Origin: a virus
Length of the DNA: 48,983 bases
Reading direction: 5' to 3' (one strand)
IMG/VR virus record: IMGVR_UViG_3300032144_000016
Span: 1-48,983 of that record
The stretch's first letter is position 1, and each line of letters opens with the position of its first letter. A program made the translations under genes and the position numbers. This document shows positions 41,043-48,071 of this stretch, piece by piece. Under the pieces are notes generated by a model, which saw nothing but the letters and a program-made list of their open reading frames with translations, was not told the origin of the DNA and made no database searches.

Positions 41043-41450
41043 TTACGGCTCATGGGGCGCAACGTCCTTTGCATAGTCGATGCCCTCGATGGCGCTCAGC
41101 GCGCCCTTCAGGTCCGGCATGCTGTAGCCTTCCCTGCGGCATCGCTTCAGTGCCCAGGCAATGCCCCAAGCTGTGACACAGTCTTTGCGAGCGCCGTAGC
41201 AGGCGAGCACGTTGGGCATCTTCCTGGAGTTGAGCTGGGAAAGAACCTGCTGTAGCGCCATGAGCTTCGCGGCCGTGTCTACCGACACGCGGTACCCGGA
41301 CTGGCGCATGAACCTACGGTGACCGCGCTCGGCTTCGGTGGCTTCCGTGAGAAGTCGGTCAATGTCGGCGCTGCCTATAGAGCTGTAACAGGTCGTTTCC
41401 AGCGCCAACCATGCGCGACTGACCTGGGCCTGAATCTGCTTTGGCGTCAT
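41043..41450 (-). CDS. hypothetical protein (135 aa)
   Basis: I chose the internal ATG at 41450, preceded by GAAAGGAC. The longest ORF extends to 41678 but overlaps the next gene. Confidence 0.5.
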   Translation of the reverse strand: MTPKQIQAQVSRAWLALETTCYSSIGSADIDRLLTEATEAERGHRRFMRQSGYRVSVDTAAKLMALQQVLSQLNSRKMPNVLACYGARKDCVTAWGIAWALKRCRREGYSMPDLKGALSAIEGIDYAKDVAPHEP

Positions 41451-41520
41451 CGGTAGAGTCCTTTCGTTTGGGGCCGTGGCCGCCGGTATGAGGCATCGGT
41501 TAGACGCCTCAGGCCAGGGG

Positions 41521-41745
41521 TCAGGGTTCGCGTAGCTCTGAATCTGTGAACCGGCTAATCTCGCCGTGTCTGTCTGCGAGCTGCTCTCCGTACTTGTCGC
41601 ACCAACCAAGCGAGCCGTCAGCGCGACGGAGGATGTGGGTGCAGTCGTCTCCGCTAGGTGGATTGAGGTAGCGTGCATCGGCGAAAAAGCCGGGGCGCAA
41701 TCGGTGCAGAGTGTCGAAGTAGAGGCTTGCTTTGCTATGTTTCAT
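41521..41745 (-). CDS. hypothetical protein (74 aa)
   Basis: GAAAGGACC RBS 5 nt before the ATG. Confidence 0.55.
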   Translation of the reverse strand: MKHSKASLYFDTLHRLRPGFFADARYLNPPSGDDCTHILRRADGSLGWCDKYGEQLADRHGEISRFTDSELREP

Positions 41746-41757
41746 GGTTTGGTCCTT

Positions 41758-41976
41758 TCACTCGTGCTCGCCGCACTCCAAGCAGTAGCGGCCCTGGTCG
41801 TCGGGCAGTTGCCCAACGTGGTTGTGAGGACACTGGCCGTAGGCATAGGGCGACCGGCACTCACCGGTGCCGTCTTCGGAGCAGCCTGCCTCCTCGCAGT
41901 CGAAACAGTAGTCGCCATCCACACCTACGGTCAGCTCGAAGCAGCAGGCACAGTGGCACTGGACGTAACCGCTCAC
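41758..41976 (-). CDS. Cys-rich small protein (72 aa)
   Basis: GTGA coupling. Contains 'CHCACC...CFDCEEAGC...C...C..H...CLEC'. Confidence 0.55.
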   Translation of the reverse strand: MSGYVQCHCACCFELTVGVDGDYCFDCEEAGCSEDGTGECRSPYAYGQCPHNHVGQLPDDQGRYCLECGEHE

Positions 41977-42362
41977 GACTGCAGCTCCAGCATGGTAGCG
42001 ACACGCACGGAGGCCGTTGCGTAGGCATCATGCAGCGAGTGAACAACCCCCATCTCTTGGAGTCGAGCACGGTACTCGGTGGCCTGGAGCAGCGCGTTGA
42101 ATGCAATTCGCTTGTTGGTCGTGGTGAGCGCCGTCAGGATGCACTCTGAGAGCCACGCATCGAGCCGCTCATGGTTGTCTAAGTCGGTCCGCTCATGCAT
42201 CATGGTTGCCCACCCATAGGTCCACTCCTTGACCCAACCGCGGTCATCCAGACGACGGCCGATGTAGCCAGCCCAGTAACGCTCGCCCTCGCTGAGCTCG
42301 GCCCAGTTGGCGATGCGCCGATGGCCGAAGTGCTCGACCCGCTTCTCTGCTGCGCTCACCAC
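41973..42362 (-). CDS. hypothetical protein (129 aa)
   Basis: The GTG start overlaps the upstream stop. Confidence 0.55.
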   Translation of the reverse strand: MVSAAEKRVEHFGHRRIANWAELSEGERYWAGYIGRRLDDRGWVKEWTYGWATMMHERTDLDNHERLDAWLSECILTALTTTNKRIAFNALLQATEYRARLQEMGVVHSLHDAYATASVRVATMLELQS

Positions 42363-42571
42363 GCACCTACCATGCGGCGAGCCTCGTTCTCTTCATCCTT
42401 GGTGAGGTCGTGATGTCGCGAGAACTGCTGGCTGATTGGGTCCAGCGCTCGCACAGTGCCGTCATCGTCGACAGTGACATCGCGCCAGTAACGATAGGTG
42501 CCATCGCTATAACCACAGCCCGAGCTGGCCCTTGCACGGTCGGTCGGCAAACGCACATGCTTGGAGCTCAC
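42356..42571 (-). CDS. hypothetical protein (71 aa)
   Basis: I chose the GTG at 42571 (GTGA coupling). Confidence 0.45.
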   Translation of the reverse strand: MSSKHVRLPTDRARASSGCGYSDGTYRYWRDVTVDDDGTVRALDPISQQFSRHHDLTKDEENEARRMVGAW

Positions 42572-42960
42572 AGCGCACCTACCGGGTTGCCGTTGCGGTC
42601 CCAAAGGTTGTGCGCCTGGATGAGCGTGCGGAGCTCGCCGTACTCTGCCGAGGTCACGTCCGTGTAGCGGAGGCCGTGCTCACAGGCCAGCATGGCATCC
42701 TCCCAAGCGGCGTCCTGGCCGCCCGAGATTGCGTAGTGAAGCTCCGCAGACGCCTCACATGCGGCCTGCTCTGCCGGGGTAGGCAGCAGCGGGTCAGCGA
42801 ATGCCTCGCTCAGGAAGCCCACGTTGAAGCCCAGGCTCAGAGCGAGAGCGGCGGTCCAGCGGATGGTCGCCTTGCTCAGGAGAGGCAGGCGAGGCTTGGG
42901 AATACGGACGGTCCAGTAGCTAGGGCTGGGCACGTCTCGAACGGTCAGGGTGTTTCGCAT
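42568..42960 (-). CDS. secreted/periplasmic small protein candidate (130 aa)
   Basis: ATG 42960 is preceded by AAAGGA and by its own promoter. The hydrophobic segment 'WTAALALSLGFNVGFLSEAFA' ends in an AxA-like cleavage motif. Confidence 0.55.
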   Translation of the reverse strand: MRNTLTVRDVPSPSYWTVRIPKPRLPLLSKATIRWTAALALSLGFNVGFLSEAFADPLLPTPAEQAACEASAELHYAISGGQDAAWEDAMLACEHGLRYTDVTSAEYGELRTLIQAHNLWDRNGNPVGAL

Positions 42961-42980
42961 CGTCAGTCCTTTCACGATAC

Positions 42981-43008
42981 AGTATATGCACGCGGTGCAT
43001 AGTGTCAA
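42981..43008 (-). promoter_or_regulatory. strong sigma70-like promoter TTGACA-N16-TATACT with a palindromic operator in the spacer
   Basis: The minus strand reads TTGACA (43008..43003), a 16-nt spacer containing TATGCAC-CGC-GTGCATA, then TATACT (42986..42981). An RBS and ATG 42960 follow. Confidence 0.65.
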
Positions 43009-43096
43009 GGGAGATTCTGAACTCGAAGCGGGGCTACTTAGGCGGGGACGCGGGAGTGCCCAAGTAGACCCGATTCGGGGCCAGAAGCCCCTAGGC

Positions 43097-43369
43097 CTAG
43101 AGCAGCGTGGCCTCGTAGCGGGCGAGCGCCTGACCGAAGCGGCGGAGCACGCGCGCCATGTCCTCAGCGCCGTTGTACTCAGCGTGGTTCGCCATGGCCA
43201 TGACGCCCGCGGTGTAGGATGGGAACGAGTCCACGGCCCGCTGAGCGGTGTTCAGCGACTCGCCAAAGAGCGGGTCGAGCAGGTCGGCGAGCTGGGCTGC
43301 GTAGCTTTGGAGCGGGTAGCCCTTGAGCTCTTCGGTGGTCAGAGCTTCGAGGTCGGCTTCGATGGTCAT
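43097..43369 (-). CDS. hypothetical protein (90 aa), first gene of the leftward operon
   Basis: An AAGGA RBS precedes the ATG, and a promoter lies ~30 nt upstream. Confidence 0.6.
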   Translation of the reverse strand: MTIEADLEALTTEELKGYPLQSYAAQLADLLDPLFGESLNTAQRAVDSFPSYTAGVMAMANHAEYNGAEDMARVLRRFGQALARYEATLL

Positions 43370-43395
43370 GGTCAGTCCTTTCGTCAGTACAATCG

Positions 43396-43404
43396 ATTAT
43401 AGCA
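43396..43404 (-). promoter_or_regulatory. extended -10 promoter candidate (TGCTATAAT)
   Basis: The minus strand reads TGC-TATAAT ~27 nt upstream of ATG 43369. A GTGCATA motif sits in the -35 area. Confidence 0.55.
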
Positions 43405-43475
43405 GGAAGCGGGCCAACTTATGCACCAGACGCATGAGCCTGATTACGGGCACTTAGCGCTGCCTCCGCATAGCG

Positions 43476-43493
43476 GTGACGTTTTACGGCACT
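43476..43493. repeat. 18-mer GTGACGTTTTACGGCACT, copy 1 (iteron/operator candidate)
   Basis: Exact repeat of 43574..43591. Each copy is internally near-palindromic (GTGACG-TTTTA-CGGCAC). Confidence 0.85.
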
Positions 43494-43573
43494 GAACAAC
43501 GAGCGGATTCTATCGAAGTGGCGTTTTAGCGGGCTTTTTGGGTGCCAAAAATTGTCACCGGCCAACGGGCAGA

Positions 43574-43591
43574 GTGACGTTTTACGGCACT
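43574..43591. repeat. 18-mer GTGACGTTTTACGGCACT, copy 2
   Basis: Exact repeat, 98 bp from copy 1. The two copies flank an AT-rich hairpin (TTTTTGG-gtg-CCAAAAA, ~43535..43551). Confidence 0.85.
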
Positions 43592-44437
43592 TGAAAGCGT
43601 GTGCAGTAGTTGGAGCCCAACCCTCCCGGCCGTAGGAGGCACGCCCTCGTGCCGCCAGAAGGCCCTCTCGCAGCCTGCCTAGCGCGGCTCGACCTGCTGG
43701 TCGCTGGTAAGCTCGACGCTTCCTAGAGGCGCTACCATCAACTCATCCGGATGGCACGATGCCTGTCTATAGCCTCGGCGCTGCTACAAGGCCGGCCGCT
43801 GGGTCAGTTGCTAGAGTGGGTACGTGAGCACCCAGGTATCGAGTGACCTGCTGCTACTTCGTTCACCCTGTGCCTCTACTTCACACGTAGGCTCTACCCC
43901 CCAACATGTCCGTCCTTCTGTGCCTACTGTCTCTAGCCTCGAGGCCCTACCCTAGGGGCTCTCACCTGTGGGTGAGAACCCACACACCGTGGGTACCCCC
44001 TACGCCCGGGGGGAGGCGGCGGCAAGAAGAGGGGGCGGCTCTCTCTCGCCAGAAAAACTCACGCCTAGGAACCCTGGAAGTCGTTCCCCACGCGCGTTGC
44101 CAGCGCGCGGCCCAAGCGGCACTGGTAGCGAATGTCGGAAAGAACCATCGTTCTTCCCTATCAGCCTGTAGCGCCGCAGGCCCCGTCGGAAACGACCTGT
44201 TCAGCTCAAGGGGCGTGGTCGCCACACAGGAAGGCTGCAGGTCTTCGCTTGCCCGTAGGAGGCCCTAACGGTTCTCCTACTGCGTTCCGTGGCACGCGGG
44301 CTTTTAAAGCCCTATGCTTGTCACGAATTTCCGAGTGTCAAGATGCCTTGGTGCAATTTAGGTAGGTGGGGGTGAGTTCAGTACTTTTCTGTTGCGTGGC
44401 AATATAGAGATGCTACGTTTCTGTTGTGACAAAGTTG

Positions 44438-44602
44438 ATGACTCTCTCTCTAGAAGAGGAAGACCGCAAAAAACTCGAACATTTGGCTGCCGACGACTGT
44501 CGGACGCTGGCCGGCATGATTCGCTGGCTCATCCGCAGTGAGGTTGACCGGCGCGAAGGCCGCGCTGAACGTGCGGAGGCTGCCGACATTGGCGCCACAT
44601 GA
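44438..44602 (+). CDS. ribbon-helix-helix (CopG/Arc-like) DNA-binding protein (54 aa)
   Basis: Not in the ORF track (<60 aa). 'MTLSLEEEDRKKLEHLAADDCRTLAGMIRWLIRSEV' fits the RHH beta-strand and two-helix pattern. Alternative in-frame starts are GTG 44426 and TTG 44435. Confidence 0.6.
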   Translation: MTLSLEEEDRKKLEHLAADDCRTLAGMIRWLIRSEVDRREGRAERAEAADIGAT

Positions 44603-44606
44603 ACTG

Positions 44607-45107
44607 GTGTTGCGTCTTTTTGGGGAACGCGCCGAGTGGGCCCTCGGCCACGCCGACCTGCCTGAGCTCATTCGGCAGTACTTCGCGCTTGGGTTGGTGT
44701 CTGCAGAACGGGTGCCCGGCTGGCTCCGTTACGTGGCTCGCAGGTCACTTGATGGGGCTCAGCCCTGCGCGATGGAGCGCGAGTTCGTGAACCACTACGT
44801 ATCGCGGCTTGGCGGCGCTGGCGTCGCTACGGTTGTCCGCTCGAATAGCTTCGAGTTCGGAACCGGAGGGTCCTGCCGCACGGTCCAGGCCATCAGCGGT
44901 CACGTGGCGCAGCTGAGGCTCCACAAGGCCCGCTCTGTGGCTGTCGCCATGCCGGGGACGCGGCGGGAGCTTGCGCCGCTGGTGCGCCGTACGCCGCTGC
45001 CTCGAACTCCGCCGGAGAAGTCGCTTCCAGCTCCATATCGCAGCTTCCCGCTTGGTCCACCACAGGGCCTGGTGCTCAGGATTCGTTTCGAACAGGAGGA
45101 AAAGTGA
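44607..45107 (+). CDS. hypothetical protein (~166 aa)
   Basis: GTG/TTG start just after the RHH stop. The longest ORF begins at 44538, inside the RHH gene. Confidence 0.45.
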   Translation: MLRLFGERAEWALGHADLPELIRQYFALGLVSAERVPGWLRYVARRSLDGAQPCAMEREFVNHYVSRLGGAGVATVVRSNSFEFGTGGSCRTVQAISGHVAQLRLHKARSVAVAMPGTRRELAPLVRRTPLPRTPPEKSLPAPYRSFPLGPPQGLVLRIRFEQEEK

Positions 45108-45400
45108 ATAAAGACAGGTGGATATTGGCAGAGGCTCGCCAGTTTGGCCAGTGGCTCTCCGTGTCGGCAAAAGCGTCCAACGTCGACCCTACAACCCAAG
45201 GTCTGCTGTACCAGGTGCTGGGTTGGCTTAGGAAGAGCAAGTTTCCCTCGAAAGCGATGCTCGATTTCGCTGGCGATGTAGCGAAGTTGCATGGGCTGCC
45301 GAAGCCTCCAAAGTGCCCGTTTGGGCGAGGTGAGGGGCCGGCACAGGTGGCTGTAACCCGCGCTCGTGAGCGCCTCTCCAGGATGGTGTCACTAGGATGA
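45104..45400 (+). CDS. hypothetical protein (98 aa)
   Basis: GTGA coupling upstream and ATGA coupling downstream. Confidence 0.5.
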   Translation: MNKDRWILAEARQFGQWLSVSAKASNVDPTTQGLLYQVLGWLRKSKFPSKAMLDFAGDVAKLHGLPKPPKCPFGRGEGPAQVAVTRARERLSRMVSLG

Positions 45401-45618
45401 CCGACATAGAATCCCTCAAAACCGCCTACTTCGTGAAGACCGTCTACGAGATGGGCGGCCATATGCCCTTCGAAGCCTACAAGGCTCGCTGCCACGAGTG
45501 GGACTGCGCCGACTCCGCAGAGCGCCTGGCCATCATCCGTGCTTCGCAGCCCAACGGAGGCCGCGCCGTCGGCTTCAGCAAACAGGCGAAGAACTTCGGC
45601 TTCCAGAGGACCGTGTAA
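45397..45618 (+). CDS. hypothetical protein (73 aa)
   Basis: ATGA coupled. Confidence 0.5.
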   Translation: MTDIESLKTAYFVKTVYEMGGHMPFEAYKARCHEWDCADSAERLAIIRASQPNGGRAVGFSKQAKNFGFQRTV

Positions 45619-45740
45619 TGTACCAGGTACTATGCGGCTGGCTTTGCTTCGAAACGCCGGTGCTGGCACACGCCGAGGAGATAGCCCGCGAGCACATCGC
45701 AGCCGGTGAGCAGGTCTGTATCTACTGGGTGCCAGCATGA
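45618..45740 (+). CDS. small hypothetical protein (40 aa)
   Basis: TAATG coupling upstream and ATGA coupling downstream. Sequence MYQVLCGWLCFETPVLAHAEEIAREHIAAGEQVCIYWVPA. Confidence 0.4.
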   Translation: MYQVLCGWLCFETPVLAHAEEIAREHIAAGEQVCIYWVPA

Positions 45741-45964
45741 GCGAGACCTACTACCGCATGCGCACACTCGCCACGCTCCTCGGCGAGACGCCCGCCATCC
45801 TCCGCTACTGGGAGGACGCCTTCGGGCTCACCATCGCCCGCCTGCCGAGCGGGCAGCGCCTGTACACCCCGCGCATGGTCGAGCGGCTCCGCGAGATTCA
45901 GCGGCTCATCCGCGTCGAAGGACACACGGTCGCCGGCGCGAAAAAGAAACTGCGCTCCACGTGA
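45737..45964 (+). CDS. MerR-family HTH DNA-binding protein (75 aa)
   Basis: 'YYRMRTLATLLGETPAILRYWEDAFGL...SGQRLYTPRMVERLREIQRLI' is the classic MerR N-terminal HTH-wing pattern. Confidence 0.7.
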   Translation: MSETYYRMRTLATLLGETPAILRYWEDAFGLTIARLPSGQRLYTPRMVERLREIQRLIRVEGHTVAGAKKKLRST

Positions 45965-45972
45965 AACACCGG

Positions 45973-46000
45973 TTGACTTCATACGCGCCGTGCATATACT
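45973..46000 (+). promoter_or_regulatory. sigma70-like promoter TTGACT-N16-TATACT
   Basis: -35 at 45973..45978 and -10 at 45995..46000. The spacer ends in GTGCA, as in the minus-strand promoter at 42981..43008. Confidence 0.55.
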
Positions 46001-46008
46001 TCCTGCGT

Positions 46009-46086
46009 ATGATTCGAACCGCAGACATCGTCACCTGGGCAGCGCTCGCGTTCGCCTGGGGCTTTTGCATCGGAGTGGCGCTGTGA
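46009..46086 (+). CDS. small hydrophobic peptide (25 aa)
   Basis: MIRTADIVTWAALAFAWGFCIGVAL. The ATG is ~9 nt after the -10 (near-leaderless), and the stop is GTGA-coupled to the next ORF. A weak call. Confidence 0.3.
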   Translation: MIRTADIVTWAALAFAWGFCIGVAL

Positions 46087-46331
46087 ACGACCAACCCATC
46101 AACGAAGTGGCCTACGTGGTCAGCCAGGAGGGCGTCTTTCAGCACACGCAGGACGGCTGCTGGGCGGCGCGCAACGTCGACCGCTCGAAGCTGCTCCTGG
46201 TGCGCAAGGCCGACAACGCCATCCTGGCCTTCATCAAGGAGCCGGACGCGAACAGTAAGAAGCGGCTCGAGCGGCTTGCCGCGGTGCTCGAGGCGTACCC
46301 CGGCGAACGTGTGCAGATTCACAGGAGATAG
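46083..46331 (+). CDS. hypothetical protein (82 aa)
   Basis: GTG start coupled to the upstream peptide; high GC3. Confidence 0.5.
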   Translation: MNDQPINEVAYVVSQEGVFQHTQDGCWAARNVDRSKLLLVRKADNAILAFIKEPDANSKKRLERLAAVLEAYPGERVQIHRR

Positions 46332-46332
46332 C

Positions 46333-46722
46333 ATGGACGGACTCAACAGGGTTTTCTTGGTAGGCACGCTCGGCGCCGACGCGGAGCTGCGCGAAACGAA
46401 CGGTGGTCCAGTGCTGAGCTTTCGGGTGGCGACGACAGAGAGCTGGTTCGACCAGAACAGCCAGCAGCGCAAGGAAGCCACCGAGTGGCACCGGTGCTTC
46501 ATGTTCGGGAAGCATATGCCGAAGCTGGCGCAGTACATGAGCAAGGGCACACGGGTCCACTGTGAGGGCAGCCTGCGCACGCGCTCTTGGGACAAGGATG
46601 GGCAGAAACAGTTCGTCACCGAGGTGCGCGTTTCGAAAGTCATCCTGCTTGGCTCAGGAGACCGCCGCGACAACAGGCAGCAGCAGCTCCCCGGGAGCGA
46701 CGATGACGATTTCCCCATCTGA
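46333..46722 (+). CDS. ssb: single-stranded DNA-binding protein
   Basis: AGGAGA RBS. 'NRVFLVGTLGADAELRET..G..V.SFRVAT...W...........EWHRC..FGK.A' is the OB-fold SSB pattern, with the acidic tail 'DDDDFPI'. Confidence 0.9.
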   Translation: MDGLNRVFLVGTLGADAELRETNGGPVLSFRVATTESWFDQNSQQRKEATEWHRCFMFGKHMPKLAQYMSKGTRVHCEGSLRTRSWDKDGQKQFVTEVRVSKVILLGSGDRRDNRQQQLPGSDDDDFPI

Positions 46723-46909
46723 GGTCGGCAAACGCATCTACGAGGCGCGCTACGCTCTCGGCATCACCCAGGAGGAGCTCGCCTTCCGGGTGAACGTGAG
46801 CCAGGCCACCATCTCGCGCAAGGAGAAGGGCGAGGCGATGGACCTCGCGCTCCTGATGCGCATCGCGGAGGCGCTTGGCACCACGACAGCAGCGCTCGTG
46901 GGCGAATGA
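46703..46909 (+). CDS. XRE-family HTH regulator (68 aa)
   Basis: 'GKRIYEARYALGITQEELAFRVNVSQATISRKEKGE' is the HTH_3 pattern. The gene overlaps the ssb 3' end by 20 nt. Confidence 0.7.
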   Translation: MTISPSEVGKRIYEARYALGITQEELAFRVNVSQATISRKEKGEAMDLALLMRIAEALGTTTAALVGE

Positions 46910-47132
46910 CAACCCGTTTGCTCAGAACGGGAAGTGCACGGAGCAGGGGCGACTCTTCCTCGAGCTCACCGAGGAGTGTCGCATCGTCCGCTGGGAAGGT
47001 CTCGAGCGCACGGAGCGAGTGCTGACGCGCAAGGAATGGGTCGAGCTGTGGCTGAAGGGTGAGCAGTGGGTCGACGACTGGGTAACACGCATGAAGAAGG
47101 AAGCGCTGAAAGCACATGGGCAAAGAAAGTGA
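46875..47132 (+). CDS. hypothetical protein (85 aa)
   Basis: TTG start (uncertain); high GC3. Confidence 0.45.
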   Translation: MAPRQQRSWANDNPFAQNGKCTEQGRLFLELTEECRIVRWEGLERTERVLTRKEWVELWLKGEQWVDDWVTRMKKEALKAHGQRK

Positions 47133-47338
47133 AGATGCCAACCGACCTCTCGACACTCGAGACCGCAATGCTGTGGAGGCTCTACGTCGAGCCGGTGACG
47201 CTACCTACGCGCTTCGCAACGTTCAGCATCACGCGCGCTTTCCTGGTGAGCATGGAGCAAGGGTTTTCGCAGGGGGACTTCCTGCCGCCGGCTATCACTT
47301 TGAGCTCCGTGAGGGGAGCATTCACGAGTGTGGAGTAG
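47129..47338 (+). CDS. hypothetical protein (69 aa)
   Basis: GTGA coupling (an ATG follows at 47135). GC3 is much higher than in the overlapping 132-aa frame. Confidence 0.5.
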   Translation: MKMPTDLSTLETAMLWRLYVEPVTLPTRFATFSITRAFLVSMEQGFSQGDFLPPAITLSSVRGAFTSVE

Positions 47339-47346
47339 GCCAATGG

Positions 47347-47514
47347 ATGGTGGAGTTCGCGGCGATGCAGGCGGTGGACATCGACAGCGTGCAGCGGCAC
47401 AGTCGGAAGCTCCAGGAGATGGCGGCGGCGCTCGGCGGGGACTATCTGGGCTGGCGGACCCAGCCGGTGAGGCTCCAAAGGAAAAACCCATACGGCCCCT
47501 ATTCAAGAGGGTGA
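47347..47514 (+). CDS. small hypothetical protein (55 aa)
   Basis: ATG start, high GC3, and a stop GTGA-coupled to the next gene. Confidence 0.4.
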   Translation: MVEFAAMQAVDIDSVQRHSRKLQEMAAALGGDYLGWRTQPVRLQRKNPYGPYSRG

Positions 47515-47849
47515 TTCGCGCATGGCCCATCGACGTACCAGACCGCTTGAGCGAGGTCGAGATACCAGTGATGCACCCGGCTGCGAAGGCTGTGCGCGCG
47601 TTCGGCAAGGGGCGCGGCGTCGTGGAGCTGCTCGACACACCCTGCGAAGCCATGGGAGAGCTCGACGAATCGGAGCATCGACTGTGGTTGATACTGGTGC
47701 CGCGGAGCGGGGCGCCCTATCGCGAGACCGGCATCCCGTCGTCAGCAGGCGAGCACATCGGCATCTTTTGGGACAACAGGACTTCGATGGGGTATCACGT
47801 GTTCACCCGTAAAGGCGCTCAGCGCGCCACTTCAGGACGGCGGCCGTGA
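47511..47849 (+). CDS. hypothetical protein (112 aa)
   Basis: GTG start, coupled. The 3' end overlaps the convergent minus-strand gene by 47 nt. Confidence 0.5.
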   Translation: MIRAWPIDVPDRLSEVEIPVMHPAAKAVRAFGKGRGVVELLDTPCEAMGELDESEHRLWLILVPRSGAPYRETGIPSSAGEHIGIFWDNRTSMGYHVFTRKGAQRATSGRRP

Positions 47850-48057
47850 TGGTCTCGACGTCCTTCTCGGAGAGCGTATGACGCGGCCTGGTCTCGATGC
47901 TGAGCCCCTGGCGCTTCAGGATGCCGAGCGTCGACCGCTGGTCTCGGACCCCGAGCGCGCGCGAGAGCGTCTTCAGAGTCCAGCCGCGGTCCTGGTTCTG
48001 CCAGATGTTCAGCCGCCGTGGCGGGTTGTTGCAGAAGTCTCGGTGGTGCGAAGCCAC
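47803..48057 (-). CDS. HTH DNA-binding protein candidate (84 aa), the lone reverse-oriented gene in the rightward operon
   Basis: GC3 is very high in this frame and low in the antisense + frame. 'GWTLKTLSRALGVRDQRSTLGILKRQG' looks like an HTH. GTG start with no obvious SD. Confidence 0.5.
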   Translation of the reverse strand: MASHHRDFCNNPPRRLNIWQNQDRGWTLKTLSRALGVRDQRSTLGILKRQGLSIETRPRHTLSEKDVETITAAVLKWRAERLYG

Positions 48058-48071
48058 CCAAGGAGTGTAGC

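Noticed and set aside
43906-44268. ORFs in the large intergenic region (43906..44268 +, 43962..44225 -, 43968..44171 +, 44132..44365 +)
   Set aside because: Their Arg/Ser/Pro/Gly-rich translations look like random GC-rich reading frames. They have no RBS or coupling, lack the genome's GC3 bias, and overlap one another.
44300-44437. Specific -35/-10 assignment for the rightward RHH operon (e.g. TTGTCA-N17-AGATGC, TTGCGT-N16-TACGTT, TATAGA)
   Set aside because: All candidates match the consensus poorly (3-4 of 6 bases, and the invariant -7 T or -11 A is missing), so I only describe the repeats there.
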